From an uncultured Candidatus Saccharibacteria bacterium (lineage in GTDB: Bacteria; Patescibacteriota; Minisyncoccia; Phycocordibacterales; SW-6-46-9), in assembly GCA_964534365.1 (NCBI GenBank), contig CAZHOI010000001.1, positions 188,171 to 252,170 of the forward strand: a stretch of 64,000 bases of DNA, in the 5' to 3' direction. Positions 46,013 through 56,473 of the stretch are shown here, one piece after another. Position numbers and translations under genes: made by a program. A model generated the notes under the pieces. It worked only from the letters and a program-made list of their open reading frames with translations, was not told the DNA's origin and ran no database searches. Each line of letters begins with the position of its first letter. The stretch's first letter is position 1.

Positions 46013-46996
46013 CTACAGTTGCAGTAGCAGTACCCGCAGTAGGGTCACCTTGGTCGAAACTTCCAGATTACTTTGCAGCACCACTCGGATCAAACTGACT
46101 ACTGACGAATTTGTATCGACGTCATTTTCCGAGGTGACTTCTGCTTCATCGCTAAACTCTTCGTCTGACCTTTGATCAGAATCCTCGGTATCATCATCTT
46201 CCATATTATCCCCTTGATCTTGATTGTTGGCGTTAAAAGCACTTAACGAGGCCCCGCCACCTGAATTAGTCAAAGCTGCAGTAGCCGACACTTCGGCCGA
46301 CAGACCGCTTTCGTTATCGGCGTCGTCTTCAGTTACCAAAACATAGTAATAAATAGTGCCATCAGTTATTGCGGTGTCTTCGAAACTAGTGCCAGTAACA
46401 TTGGTGGCAATTTCGACGTATCCCGACCCACTTGTATTCGAGCGCAACACATCATAGTCTTCGGCGTCACTGGATGAACTAGCGGCCCAAGATAAATCAA
46501 TACTGTTTGAGTCAGCACTAGCTGATAAATTGGTTACGGCATCTGGTGCAATTGAATCTACTACTACGTCAGTCGTCAAAGTTGGACCCAAGGCTACGTT
46601 GGCTTCATCACTATCGCTGTATGACAAATCAATCACCGAAGCAAAATCATTAGCCGCTACGTCAATCCCACTTGAATCAGCGTCAACCACAGTCATGACT
46701 AGTTGAAACTCATCCCCCACTCCAGCATTATCATTGATTAAAACGAATGATTCCGAAGCCGAGCCGCCGTAAGCCGTTGTGTCACCTGATACTGCGGTTG
46801 TTGACGAATCATTATTAACCACTACGTCTACGGTAATATTGTCCCCAACATTTATAATTCCATTCGAATCCGCGTCATTAGTTAGCGTAATTGAGCTACT
46901 GACAATAGTTGCGCTGTCGAGAGCCGCATATGTAAAGCCGGGCAATGACATTATTCCAAATGCTATTAATGTTGATATGGTGGTAATTTTTTTCAT
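46013..46996 (-). CDS. Secreted acidic repeat protein (Ig-like/FN3-like folds, tentative)
   Basis: Signal peptide MKKITTISTLIAFGIMSLPGFTYA; S/T/D-rich. Confidence 0.5.
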   Translation of the reverse strand: MKKITTISTLIAFGIMSLPGFTYAALDSATIVSSSITLTNDADSNGIINVGDNITVDVVVNNDSSTTAVSGDTTAYGGSASESFVLINDNAGVGDEFQLVMTVVDADSSGIDVAANDFASVIDLSYSDSDEANVALGPTLTTDVVVDSIAPDAVTNLSASADSNSIDLSWAASSSSDAEDYDVLRSNTSGSGYVEIATNVTGTSFEDTAITDGTIYYYVLVTEDDADNESGLSAEVSATAALTNSGGGASLSAFNANNQDQGDNMEDDDTEDSDQRSDEEFSDEAEVTSENDVDTNSSVVSLIRVVLQSNLEVSTKVTLLRVLLLQL

Positions 46997-47048
46997 TTGT
47001 TTATTAGTTATACAAAACCATTATACCGCACTTCTAAATCCTTTATGA

Positions 47049-47113
47049 AAGGGTGCCAAAAAGGGTGCCATGCCAAAAAGGGTGCCAAAAGGGTGCCAGG
47101 GACATTTGCGTTA
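47049..47113 (+). repeat. REP-like repeat cluster, left flank of RAYT (tandem AGGGTGCCAAAA units, then GGTGCCAGGGACATTTGCGTT)
   Basis: Inverted relative to the copies at 47784-47840. Confidence 0.6.
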
Positions 47114-47749
47114 ATCTTGTTTTGTTGTCTTGTTAAATTCTTCGTGCCAATTCAACTCAGCAAATGGCTTTGATTTATTTACGCTGTGGCAAACAGCGTC
47201 GCGCTCGGATTCAGTTAAAGGTTTGTTAAGATCATTTAAATATGTGTCTGGTATGTCGATTGGTGGATTTGTTAAATATTTGTTTTTAATTCTGCTTTTC
47301 CCATTACTGCGCAGCCAGGCACTGCCCCAGCGCCAGTCTTCAGCCTTTTCACAGAGACCAGCTCGCAGAGCATTACGCTCGACATACCGCAGTGTTGTAT
47401 AGAAATAATTATCATCGCCAATTAAAAATGATTTGTACCTGCCTTGATATAAATGCCCGTAACCGACTTGATCATGCATAGATTTATACTGTTTTACATG
47501 AGTATTAGTCAGTCGGTTCATAAATTTAGATAAATCACCATTTATTCGAGGTGACAATATCAAATGCCAATGATTGGGCATAATGCAATACCCCAGTAAC
47601 CTCATATCTATCAATTCAACTGTTTCAAATAGTAAATCGTTAAAACATTTATAATCATCATAACTATTGAATATTTGTCTTCTCCCATTACTACGATTAA
47701 GTACGTGATAATAATAGTTTGCTAAATCTATTCGAGGCTGGCGTGGCAT
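47111..47749 (-). CDS. REP-associated tyrosine transposase (RAYT; IS200/IS605-like Y1 HUH transposase, COG1943)
   Basis: MPRQPRIDL...YHV.NR.N....IF...DDY..F..LL...NHWHLIL (HuH)...GHLYQGRYKS (catalytic Tyr region). Confidence 0.8.
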   Translation of the reverse strand: MPRQPRIDLANYYYHVLNRSNGRRQIFNSYDDYKCFNDLLFETVELIDMRLLGYCIMPNHWHLILSPRINGDLSKFMNRLTNTHVKQYKSMHDQVGYGHLYQGRYKSFLIGDDNYFYTTLRYVERNALRAGLCEKAEDWRWGSAWLRSNGKSRIKNKYLTNPPIDIPDTYLNDLNKPLTESERDAVCHSVNKSKPFAELNWHEEFNKTTKQD

Positions 47750-47783
47750 ATCATAATTATACCACCATATTAAACAACTAAGT

Positions 47784-47840
47784 CAAACGTCCCTGGCACC
47801 TATTATGGCACCTATTACAAACGTCCCTGGCACCTATTAC
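47784..47840 (-). repeat. REP-like repeats, right flank of RAYT (two copies of AAACGTCCCTGGCACCTATTA)
   Basis: Reverse complement GGTGCCAGGGACGTTTG matches the left-flank repeat. Confidence 0.6.
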
Positions 47841-47908
47841 GGTAGCTTTTGCAAACAAAAAACTCCCCATAAGGAGAGTTGATTGTTTAGATTAGAAGTT
47901 AAGACAAC

Positions 47909-50002
47909 TTATTCTGCGTCGTCTGCGTCGTAATCTACGTCTTCATCTAGAACAATGTAGTCAAAGACTCCATCGTCAGAATCAGTACCTCGACTTGAGT
48001 TTGGAGTACCGTCGCCAGTTTCGCCTTCATTTTCAGAAGTGTACTGAATTGCTTCAATTCGCACGTCAGCATCGCCTTCATCATCGGCACCAGAGAATCG
48101 GAACTCTAGTTCGAACTCTTCGCTGTTACCAGCGTCAACTACGTAGAACTCTTCACCATCAATAGTAACGGTGTCAAGATCTGAGTCGTTTTCTACTTCA
48201 GCTGAAGTAAGAGTGGCTCCAGTAGCAAGAGTAATTTCGTACAAGAACCCGTCATCTGAGGTTTGAGGGCCACCATCAACGTAAGTTCCTGTTTGACTTA
48301 CAGTTAGGCTGGTTGGGATTAGAACATCCTCACCGTCTTCTGAAGCCATAACTTCAATAGTGAATTCTTCACGTGCGTCACCTTCGTTTGAGTCTTCTAG
48401 AGAAGCGTCAATTGCAAAGATAGATAGGGTGTGTTCTTCACCGTTTACAGTACCGGTATCAATATCGGCACCGTCAGGACCATCAGCGTCTAGATTAGTT
48501 AGATCGAATGAAACCATTTGACCATTTTCATAGTCTTCAGCAGCTTCGAATTCTACCCGTACTGACATTTGTACTTCTTCGTCTTCTAGATCGTATTCGT
48601 CATCGAATTCAAATCGTGCAGTGTACTCACGATCATCACCAGAAACAGTTGGGGTTGCTGAGACTAATTCATAGTCGTCATAAGTTTCCCCATCGATGTC
48701 AATTTCTAGATCAGAAACAACTTCGTCAAAAGTTACGTCAGCAGCATCTGCATCAAATAGAGTCACTACTACATCAATACCTTCTAGTTCGAACATGCCA
48801 TCTTCAGCTTCAACATCAGCAACAGTAACCATGTACCATTCTGATTCGTCGTCAGCATCAACAGCAATGGTTGATTCGTCTGGATTTTCTGAAGCTTCAG
48901 ACAAGTCAAGTTCAGCATCATCGCCTTCTTCAACTACTTCAAAGTCAGCAGTGTCAGAACCTGATGAGTATTGTTGAATTCCTTCTGAGTCTTCGCCGCG
49001 GACAGCACGATCTTCAACAGATAGTCTCCATTGTGCATCACCGTCTTCGGCACCATCAACATTGTTGTTGGCGGTAATCCAAATTTCGATTTCTACGTCT
49101 TCATCTTCACGAACCACGTAGTCTAGACCTGATACACGGAATTCACCGTCATCTTCATCTAGGTATTCGTCTTCGTCAGATAGATCAAAATCTTCTAATT
49201 CGTCACCGTCAACTGCTAAAGTCAAAGTGTCGAATACTTCCCATGGCTCATCTTCGGCGTCAGTGCTTGAAGTTGGGCCAACGTATTCTAGTGTGAAGTC
49301 GATTCGGTTAACTTCTACGTCACCGTCTTCGACATCGAATTCAAGAGTGGCAACATGTACCATCTCGCCTTCTTCTGCATCGTCTTCTTCATCTAGTTCA
49401 ACGTCGCCGATTTCAGCTTCGCCGCCTGATAGACGATCATCGTCATCATCCATGTCATCGTCATCATCCATGTCGTCATCGTCGTCTCCGCCGTTGTCAA
49501 CAGGAGGTTGAGGAGCAGGCATAGTCATGTCAGCACACATTTCGCGTACCGCATCACGTGAACCAGCGCCAAAATATCCAGTTCCAGATACAAGACCTAG
49601 AGGGGTAAGGATAGTAGCTGCATTAGCTTCTTGGAAGCGAGTTACTGCATTAGCAGTCAATGAACCATAGTACATTGTTTCCATGCCAGGTGATCCAGCG
49701 CCAGTTGCGGCAACTTGGAATCCAGCATCGTTTAGGAACTCTTGTAAATTCATTACATCAGCTCCTTGTGAACCTCGTGAAAGGTCACGTAGGTAGTCAA
49801 CGTCACAACCGCGATTCGATGAAGAAACAGTAGTTGTGGTAGTTGTTCCACCTAGTAGAGACATGAACAAGGCAACTTCTGTGTCTGATAGACCAGCAGC
49901 GCGTAGTTCAGCCTCTGAAATACTTTGAGCGTCAACCAAGCCAGGACTAAAGAATAGAACCATAGCTAGGGTTAACAACCCAGTAAATACTTTATTAAGC
50001 AT
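47909..50002 (-). CDS. Secreted protein with N-terminal peptidoglycan-binding-like domain and a very long D/E-rich acidic region
   Basis: Signal peptide; GADVMNLQEFLNDAGF...YYGSLTANAVTRFQEANA resembles PG_binding_1; ~500 aa of acidic low complexity. Confidence 0.65.
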   Translation of the reverse strand: MLNKVFTGLLTLAMVLFFSPGLVDAQSISEAELRAAGLSDTEVALFMSLLGGTTTTTTVSSSNRGCDVDYLRDLSRGSQGADVMNLQEFLNDAGFQVAATGAGSPGMETMYYGSLTANAVTRFQEANAATILTPLGLVSGTGYFGAGSRDAVREMCADMTMPAPQPPVDNGGDDDDDMDDDDDMDDDDDRLSGGEAEIGDVELDEEDDAEEGEMVHVATLEFDVEDGDVEVNRIDFTLEYVGPTSSTDAEDEPWEVFDTLTLAVDGDELEDFDLSDEDEYLDEDDGEFRVSGLDYVVREDEDVEIEIWITANNNVDGAEDGDAQWRLSVEDRAVRGEDSEGIQQYSSGSDTADFEVVEEGDDAELDLSEASENPDESTIAVDADDESEWYMVTVADVEAEDGMFELEGIDVVVTLFDADAADVTFDEVVSDLEIDIDGETYDDYELVSATPTVSGDDREYTARFEFDDEYDLEDEEVQMSVRVEFEAAEDYENGQMVSFDLTNLDADGPDGADIDTGTVNGEEHTLSIFAIDASLEDSNEGDAREEFTIEVMASEDGEDVLIPTSLTVSQTGTYVDGGPQTSDDGFLYEITLATGATLTSAEVENDSDLDTVTIDGEEFYVVDAGNSEEFELEFRFSGADDEGDADVRIEAIQYTSENEGETGDGTPNSSRGTDSDDGVFDYIVLDEDVDYDADDAE

Positions 50003-50180
50003 TATTAATTGTTTTGTGTCTGACTATTAGCCAGAGCACATATTTATTGGTAATAGTAATTAGTTAACAGCATTAAAGGCACAAGCCCTTCTGAAACTAA
50101 TTACTGTTTAATCTTTTAATAAGATTTGGTAATTTGTCAGCACTTTCAGCCAACCTGTTTTTTTTGAAGTCAAGCTTCAA

Positions 50181-50489
50181 ACGCAGTGGCTGGCACCTTT
50201 GGTGCCTGTCACTTTAGTGAAGAAGCCTGTCTTTTTCCAGCCGCGCGAGGCTAGAAAGATACGGGTCGTTAAGGTAACACCGACCATAGGTCAATGTCAC
50301 CGCACTCCCCCAATCTTAATAGGTTGGCGATTCGTCGGCCAAAATCTAGTTAAAGATTAAAGCCATGGAATGACAAACCGCCAAACCAAATAGTTTTTGA
50401 CGTTTTTTCGGTATTTTGTTAACTAGCCCTGCTCGCTAAAGTGGCAGGCACCCTAGGATTTATGAATAAATCCAGATGAGCCAGCCACT
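50181..50489. repeat. Long-range imperfect inverted repeat (~37-nt arms) enclosing ~215 bp; MITE-like element or structured ncRNA
   Basis: 50181-50217 GCAGTGGCTGGCACCTTTGGTGCCTGTCACTTTAGTG is complementary to 50432-50450 plus 50478-50489; a minus-strand terminator-like hairpin and T-run lie at 50152-50178. Confidence 0.5.
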
Positions 50490-51031
50490 GCGCTCGCTAT
50501 ATAGCCAATTAAACCTTTGTCAAAGAGCTAACTGGTTTGGCGGCAGATTAATATCTGTAGCACCAACCAATTAAGGATTGGATCAATCTGATCCGGTTAG
50601 GGAGACCAATAGTTGATATTAGTCCCCCTATGCGATTCAGTTGTTTTCTTTAGTTATTTATCTTTAGTTATTTATTGGGCCTATTTTGCTGGGCCGATAC
50701 TAGTGGTGACGAGAATAGATAGATTTGATTACGTTGACAAAATTAATAATTCGTTATTTTAACTATATGATATTTTGTACAATTTGGCAAAGTTCAGGAC
50801 TTGATTAGATTAAATGCTTGATCCAATAATAGTCAGCCGAACTACCAATACCTATAGATTACCTTATCAACAGCCAAACATTAGTTAGCTGGTCTAACCC
50901 TGGGGATAATTGAGTTATTAATTCAAGGCTGATATCAAATAATAACTCAGTAATTAGGAAAAACTAGGAAATCAGGGCATTTTAGCAATATCAATAATCA
51001 AATATAGAGTTTTCTTAAAGGGATATTATTA

Positions 51032-51979
51032 TTATTGATTAAGCTCTTGATTAAGGGTTATTCCCTCCCCCAAAGTATAGCTGCTCCAGCGCCTTTTGCC
51101 ATGTTTTTCCAGTAGTCCGTCCTCGACCATACTTTTTAATTCTCGCTGCATGGTTTTCTGTGAACAGCCCTCGATTACTTCCTGGACATCATTTATAGTG
51201 ATTTCTTCATTATCACTAAACAAACCCAAGATTCCACGGCGTCTTTTGGAATGATTACTGCCGTGTCGTCGACGGGAACGTCCACTATTAGATTTAGGTC
51301 GATTCATATGATTGTCAGCACCGGCAACAGCTTTAGGGTCATTTATTTGACTCCCTACACTAGAAAATTTATGAATTTGATCGGTATTATTGCTAGTCGT
51401 TTGATCAGAATCAGGGATATTGCTTTCAAACCCTAGTTGCTTGGCAATTTGATCGGGGTGCTGGCGATTAGTGTCTTTAAAGAAATTAGATTCGAAAGTA
51501 TGGCCAGGCTTATCAGACATACTAGCTAATGTCTTTTTGAGTGTGGTCATTTCTGATTCGATGACCCCATAATTCATTTCCGACATTAACCCGGCTCTTA
51601 CCCCGATTTGCAAAATCGCTATTAATTCAGGAAATTGTCGGACAATAATCTGATTAAGGATATTCAATTTAGCTTGATCTTGAATCTGAACCCGATATAG
51701 CTCGTCAATTAAGTTGAGTGATTTTTCCCTGACTTTTTGACGAAACGGCTCGTTAATATCCAGGTAATTTGTTAATACGTACAATGCTTGGGCAATTTTT
51801 TTAATTTTACTGACTACAAAGGCTTGTTTTTGAGTATCATCTTTATCAGACATTATTAATCCTGCATCACTAGGATTACTATCATTTTTATTACTATTAG
51901 CCGAATTGCTATGTCCCATGGCTGTACTATACGTTACTATCTGTAATTTATAAAAGACATAATAATTCCTCAAAGACAT
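51032..51979 (-). CDS. Hypothetical protein with C-terminal winged-helix-like DNA-binding segment
   Basis: C-terminal ...TMQRELKSMVEDGLLEKHGKRRWSSYTL; alternative start at 51919. Confidence 0.5.
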   Translation of the reverse strand: MSLRNYYVFYKLQIVTYSTAMGHSNSANSNKNDSNPSDAGLIMSDKDDTQKQAFVVSKIKKIAQALYVLTNYLDINEPFRQKVREKSLNLIDELYRVQIQDQAKLNILNQIIVRQFPELIAILQIGVRAGLMSEMNYGVIESEMTTLKKTLASMSDKPGHTFESNFFKDTNRQHPDQIAKQLGFESNIPDSDQTTSNNTDQIHKFSSVGSQINDPKAVAGADNHMNRPKSNSGRSRRRHGSNHSKRRRGILGLFSDNEEITINDVQEVIEGCSQKTMQRELKSMVEDGLLEKHGKRRWSSYTLGEGITLNQELNQ

Positions 51980-52073
51980 TTATAAGACAAGCTTGGTCTT
52001 TAGCCATATAAAATGAAGTTTTTAATTATTCCAACCCACTGCAATACTGATGGTATCATTGGAGTTAATTAAT

Positions 52074-54299
52074 ATGGCAAAATCAAAGCGTAAAAAGAAA
52101 AAAACCAAGAAAAAATCTGGATCTAGTTCTGCTACCAGACGATGGTTGTGGGTTATCGCGTTAATAGTCTTATTTGTATATTCTTTATTGATTTGGTCTG
52201 GGGGCGGTGGTTTAATCGGTGAGCCAATTTATCGGCTGCTTTATTATTTATTCGGCCAAGCATATTTTCTAGTACCACTATCACTGGCAGCTGGATCAGC
52301 ATCAATCATATATTCGCTCTCACACCAATTGGAGACTAGACGAATCATTGCCGGTTTATTATTTATAATTGCTTTATTGGTAGGAATTCAACTACTATTA
52401 GGGGCAGGATCAGGTGGTATTATCGGGGGGTATTTAGCAAACATTGGTATCACGTTGTTAGGTCCAATTGGAATAGCAATTATAACTATTGCTACTGCTG
52501 TCGGTAGTTTGATCGTGGTTTTATCACCTGATTATGACCCGCAAGATTTGGGCGAGCGCCTGCGCAAGGGTGTAAATATTGGATCGCTGTTTTCAAAAAC
52601 CCATTCTGCGGATGATGAATATCAGATTACCGGCGGCGAGCCAGATGATGACGGTGAAAATGTAATAATGGATTCTAGCACTGCCCAAACCCATTCCGTG
52701 GCCGAGGCAAAGCAGCCCACCGATCCAGCTCCAGCCAAGTTATCCATCAACAAAAACTCTAAATCAGATGATAATAATTCAGCTGAATTCGTCCTGCCTG
52801 GTAATGATCTGCTGCGTCGCCCATATACCCCGCCCCCGTTAAATTTATTGTCAGGTGATAAGGGCAAGGCCGGGGTTGGTGATATTAAAGCTAATGCCAA
52901 TGTTATTAAACGAACGTTTCAAAATTTTGGTATCAGAGTCGAGATGGACGAGGTTTCCATTGGACCAACTGTGACGCGATATGCTTTCAAGCCAGCCGAA
53001 GGAGTTCGATTGTCTAAAATATTATCATTACAGTCAAATCTAGAACTAGCCTTGGCGGCCCATCCGGTTCGAATCGAAGCCCCAATCCCTGGCAAAGCCT
53101 TGGTCGGTATCGAAGTTCCTAATTCAGCCAAAACCACCGTCGGCCTAGCTAGTTTGTTGCAATCCGGAGAATATCGCGAATCAGACAAACCGCTGGTTAT
53201 TGCCCTGGGTAAAGGTATTTCTGGATCAGCCTTCTTTACCGATATTGCCAAAGCCCCCCACATGTTAATTGCCGGCGCTACCGGGTCAGGTAAATCCGTT
53301 ACCCTTCACGTTTTAATCAACTCTTTATTGTTTAGAAATTCCCCCGAGGACTTGCGATTAATTATGGTTGATCCAAAAAGGGTCGAGTTGACCCTATACA
53401 ACGGTATCCCCCATCTGCTGAACCCGGTTATCACTAAACCGAAAAAAGCCGTCCAGGCGCTGAAATGGGCGGTTAAAGAGATGGAGAGGCGCTACGAAGT
53501 ATTACAAGAAGTTCGGGTGCAAAACATCGTTTCCTATCACCAGAATATTGTGGCTAAAGCTTATAAAAAGGCAGATGCTGACACTGATTCTGATGCCTTG
53601 CCAGAAAAAATGCCTTATATAGTGGTTATTTTGGACGAGGTTGGTGATTTAATGCAAGTTTACCCCAAAGAATTAGAGGCTGAAATCATTCGACTGGCGC
53701 AAATGTCCCGGGCTGTAGGTATTCATTTAGTACTGACAACACAACGACCCGATAAAAAGGTGATCACCGGTTTGATCAAAGCCAACGTCCCTACCAGGGT
53801 CGCATTGCAAGTCGCCTCCAATGTCGAATCGCGCATCATTTTAGATAGCAGCGGGGCCGAGGATTTATTAGGGGCGGGTGATATGTTGTTCCAGTCGGCC
53901 AAAATGTCCAAACCAGTGCGGGTGCAATCACCTTTTATTACCGAAGGCGAGATAAAATCAGTTATCAAATTTATTACTAAGCAATATGATGGCGAAGCGC
54001 CTGATGAAGTTGATATGTCCGAGGATAGTCAAACGACCGACTTGTTCTCGATCGATTTGGAATCAGCCGAATCAGAAGAAGAGGACGAGCTATATAGCGA
54101 AGCAGCCCTAACCGTTATCAAGGCCGGCAAAGCCTCGACTTCATATCTGCAGCGTCGACTACGCATTGGCTATTCGCGTGCTGCCCGGATTATGGATATG
54201 CTAGAAGAAAATGGTGTCATTAGTGCCCAAGATGGTTCCAAACCACGTGATGTATTAGTTGATGAAGACAGCTTTAACAATTCTGATAGTGATAACTAA
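52074..54299 (+). CDS. ftsK: DNA translocase FtsK/SpoIIIE
   Basis: N-terminal TM domain, Walker A GATGSGKSV, C-terminal gamma domain YLQRRLRIGYSRAARIMDMLEENGVIS; GGAG Shine-Dalgarno 9 nt upstream of the ATG at 52074. Confidence 0.9.
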   Translation: MAKSKRKKKKTKKKSGSSSATRRWLWVIALIVLFVYSLLIWSGGGGLIGEPIYRLLYYLFGQAYFLVPLSLAAGSASIIYSLSHQLETRRIIAGLLFIIALLVGIQLLLGAGSGGIIGGYLANIGITLLGPIGIAIITIATAVGSLIVVLSPDYDPQDLGERLRKGVNIGSLFSKTHSADDEYQITGGEPDDDGENVIMDSSTAQTHSVAEAKQPTDPAPAKLSINKNSKSDDNNSAEFVLPGNDLLRRPYTPPPLNLLSGDKGKAGVGDIKANANVIKRTFQNFGIRVEMDEVSIGPTVTRYAFKPAEGVRLSKILSLQSNLELALAAHPVRIEAPIPGKALVGIEVPNSAKTTVGLASLLQSGEYRESDKPLVIALGKGISGSAFFTDIAKAPHMLIAGATGSGKSVTLHVLINSLLFRNSPEDLRLIMVDPKRVELTLYNGIPHLLNPVITKPKKAVQALKWAVKEMERRYEVLQEVRVQNIVSYHQNIVAKAYKKADADTDSDALPEKMPYIVVILDEVGDLMQVYPKELEAEIIRLAQMSRAVGIHLVLTTQRPDKKVITGLIKANVPTRVALQVASNVESRIILDSSGAEDLLGAGDMLFQSAKMSKPVRVQSPFITEGEIKSVIKFITKQYDGEAPDEVDMSEDSQTTDLFSIDLESAESEEEDELYSEAALTVIKAGKASTSYLQRRLRIGYSRAARIMDMLEENGVISAQDGSKPRDVLVDEDSFNNSDSDN

Positions 54300-54307
54300 A
54301 ATCCTGC

Positions 54308-54808
54308 ATGACCCCGGCAATTAATCGATCCTTATCGCGATCACTTGACCGCCAGCGATTAGATCAATTTAGGCCTGGCCTCGCCAGGGTCATATTTGTA
54401 ATTTTAGCGCTAATAATTATTACTTTTGCTGGTTGGCAAATTTATAACGTATCAGTTGGACCAGAAATTGAATTGGGCAATCACCTTGAACTTTCGGGTT
54501 TTAACCAAACTGAAAATAATATCATTACCGTTTCTGGCGAAACTAAACGGGTAGCATTTTTCTATCTAGATGACATTGAACAGGCCATAAACGCTGATGG
54601 TAGCTTTGCGTATGATTTGTACATGCCTTATGGGACTAGTACAATAGAGGTCAGGATACAAGACCGCTACGGTCGAGAAAAAGCGCTTGATATACAAATT
54701 TATAATCCCAACCGAAACACTGACCTGAACAAGCGCGAATCAATTTCGGAAGATCTGCTGCAGCGGTCATCTACCCCAAACCCTGCCAGTCAAATTAATA
54801 ATGAATAA
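54308..54808 (+). CDS. Hypothetical membrane-anchored protein
   Basis: TM helix [16 protein letters not shown]. Confidence 0.5.
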   Translation: MTPAINRSLSRSLDRQRLDQFRPGLARVIFVILALIIITFAGWQIYNVSVGPEIELGNHLELSGFNQTENNIITVSGETKRVAFFYLDDIEQAINADGSFAYDLYMPYGTSTIEVRIQDRYGREKALDIQIYNPNRNTDLNKRESISEDLLQRSSTPNPASQINNE

Positions 54809-54816
54809 ACTTACTT

Positions 54817-55878
54817 ATGCCCAAAAAAAGCAACAAAAAATCTAGTAATAAAAAAACTGACAGTAAAGACCTAGACAAAACCTTGGCCGATATTCGCAAA
54901 AAATTTGGCGAGGAGTCTATTATGAAACTGGGCGAAGCTCCCAAGGTTGACGTCGAGGCAGTTTCGACTGGGTCACTGGGATTGGACGCGGCCCTGGGTA
55001 TAGGCGGACTACCAAAAGGTCGCATTGTCGAAATTTATGGCCCTGAATCATCGGGAAAAACCACTTTAACCCTGCATGTAATTGCCGAAGCACAGAAAGC
55101 CGGTGGTTTATGTGCTTTTGTGGATGCTGAACACGCTATGGATCCTGATTATGCGGCTAAACTGGGAGTGCAAACTGATCAGCTGTTGTTATCACAGCCA
55201 GATTCCGGCGAGCAAGCGCTAGAAATGGTAGAGGCGCTAGTTCGTACTGGCGATTTTTCGGTCATTGTAATTGACTCGGTAGCGGCCTTAACTCCCCGGG
55301 ATGAAATTGAGGGTGAGATGGGGGCTCATCAGGTTGGTAAACAAGCCAGATTAATGTCACAAGCCTTGCGTAAATTGACCGGGGTCGTAAGTAAATCGAA
55401 TACAATGGTGATATTTATTAATCAGATCAGAATGAAAATTGGGGTAATGTTTGGCTCGCCAGAAACTACGACCGGCGGTAGGGCCTTGAAATTTTATTCA
55501 TCAGTTAGGCTGGATATCCGTCGTATTGCCCAAATCAAAAAGGGTGACGAAGTTGTTGGGTCACGCACCAGGGTCAAGGTAGTTAAAAACAAGGTCGCTC
55601 CTCCATTTAGGCAAACTGAATTTGATATTATCTATAATGAAGGCATATCGCGCGAGGGCGAGATTATTGCTCTGGCTGAAAAATATGATTTGATTCAAAA
55701 AGCCGGCGCCTACTACAAGGATTTGGAAGGCAATACCTTGGCCCAGGGTTATGACAACACCCGTCGTTATTTGAAGGATAATCCAAAATTTACCAATAAC
55801 TTAATGAAGGAAATAAAAAAATCAATCAAAGATTCGGAAACCACCGAAGCCAATAAAGAGGCAGATAAAGACAAATAA
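54817..55878 (+). CDS. recA: Recombinase RecA
   Basis: GPESSGKTT Walker A, full-length RecA similarity ([29 protein letters not shown]...). Confidence 0.95.
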   Translation: MPKKSNKKSSNKKTDSKDLDKTLADIRKKFGEESIMKLGEAPKVDVEAVSTGSLGLDAALGIGGLPKGRIVEIYGPESSGKTTLTLHVIAEAQKAGGLCAFVDAEHAMDPDYAAKLGVQTDQLLLSQPDSGEQALEMVEALVRTGDFSVIVIDSVAALTPRDEIEGEMGAHQVGKQARLMSQALRKLTGVVSKSNTMVIFINQIRMKIGVMFGSPETTTGGRALKFYSSVRLDIRRIAQIKKGDEVVGSRTRVKVVKNKVAPPFRQTEFDIIYNEGISREGEIIALAEKYDLIQKAGAYYKDLEGNTLAQGYDNTRRYLKDNPKFTNNLMKEIKKSIKDSETTEANKEADKDK

Positions 55879-55889
55879 GTATTAGCAGT

Positions 55890-56471
55890 ATGCTGGCCTA
55901 TAACGAAATCAAACCAAAAAACATAATTGTTTATAACGGTGAACCCCACCAAGTCCTGGAATCAGACATTGCCAAACGAACCAAACAAAAACCCGTTAAC
56001 CAAACAAAGCTAAAAAATTTAGCTACTGGATCAATCGTTCAAGTAGCTTTTCGACAATCGGATAAAGTCGAAGAAGCTGATATCACTAAACAAGAAATCG
56101 AATTTGCCTATCACAAACCGGGCAAGGACATTGACGAGTATTGGTTTATAGAGCCCGGCAATCCTAAAAATCGTTTTCAACTAGAGCCAAGACTGTTGGA
56201 TAATATTATGGATTTTATTGCCGAAGGCGAAGTCGTTGAGGCGCTATTATATGAAGCGCAAATAATTCAAATCGAGGCACCAATCAAAGTTTTTCGCACG
56301 GTCAAGTCTGCCCCACCTAATATTAAAGGCAATACCTCGGCGGGAGGAAACAAAGTGGTTGTATTGGATACTGGTTATCAATTAACCACTCCGTTATTTA
56401 TAGAAACTGGTGATACAATTGAAGTCAATACTCAAACTGGTGAATATGTAACGCGAATTAAAAAGGCGTAG
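55890..56471 (+). CDS. efp: Elongation factor P
   Basis: Length and KPKNIIVYNGEPHQVLES...KLKNLATGS pattern fit EF-P. Confidence 0.8.
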   Translation: MLAYNEIKPKNIIVYNGEPHQVLESDIAKRTKQKPVNQTKLKNLATGSIVQVAFRQSDKVEEADITKQEIEFAYHKPGKDIDEYWFIEPGNPKNRFQLEPRLLDNIMDFIAEGEVVEALLYEAQIIQIEAPIKVFRTVKSAPPNIKGNTSAGGNKVVVLDTGYQLTTPLFIETGDTIEVNTQTGEYVTRIKKA

Positions 56472-56473
56472 CT

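Noticed and set aside
48508-49511. Several plus-strand ORFs (48508-48828, 48696-48977, 48871-49077, 49227-49511) and others antisense to large genes
   Set aside because: These are antisense low-complexity artifacts inside the D/E-rich acidic protein gene (Ser/His/Gln-rich mirror translation). Similar artifacts occur at 32467-33934 inside the P-type ATPase and at 23614-24045 inside the helicase.
50181-50489. 6S RNA, RNase P RNA or tmRNA assignment for the end-paired unit
   Set aside because: No consensus motifs of these families were recognisable by eye, so it is kept as an unclassified inverted-repeat element.
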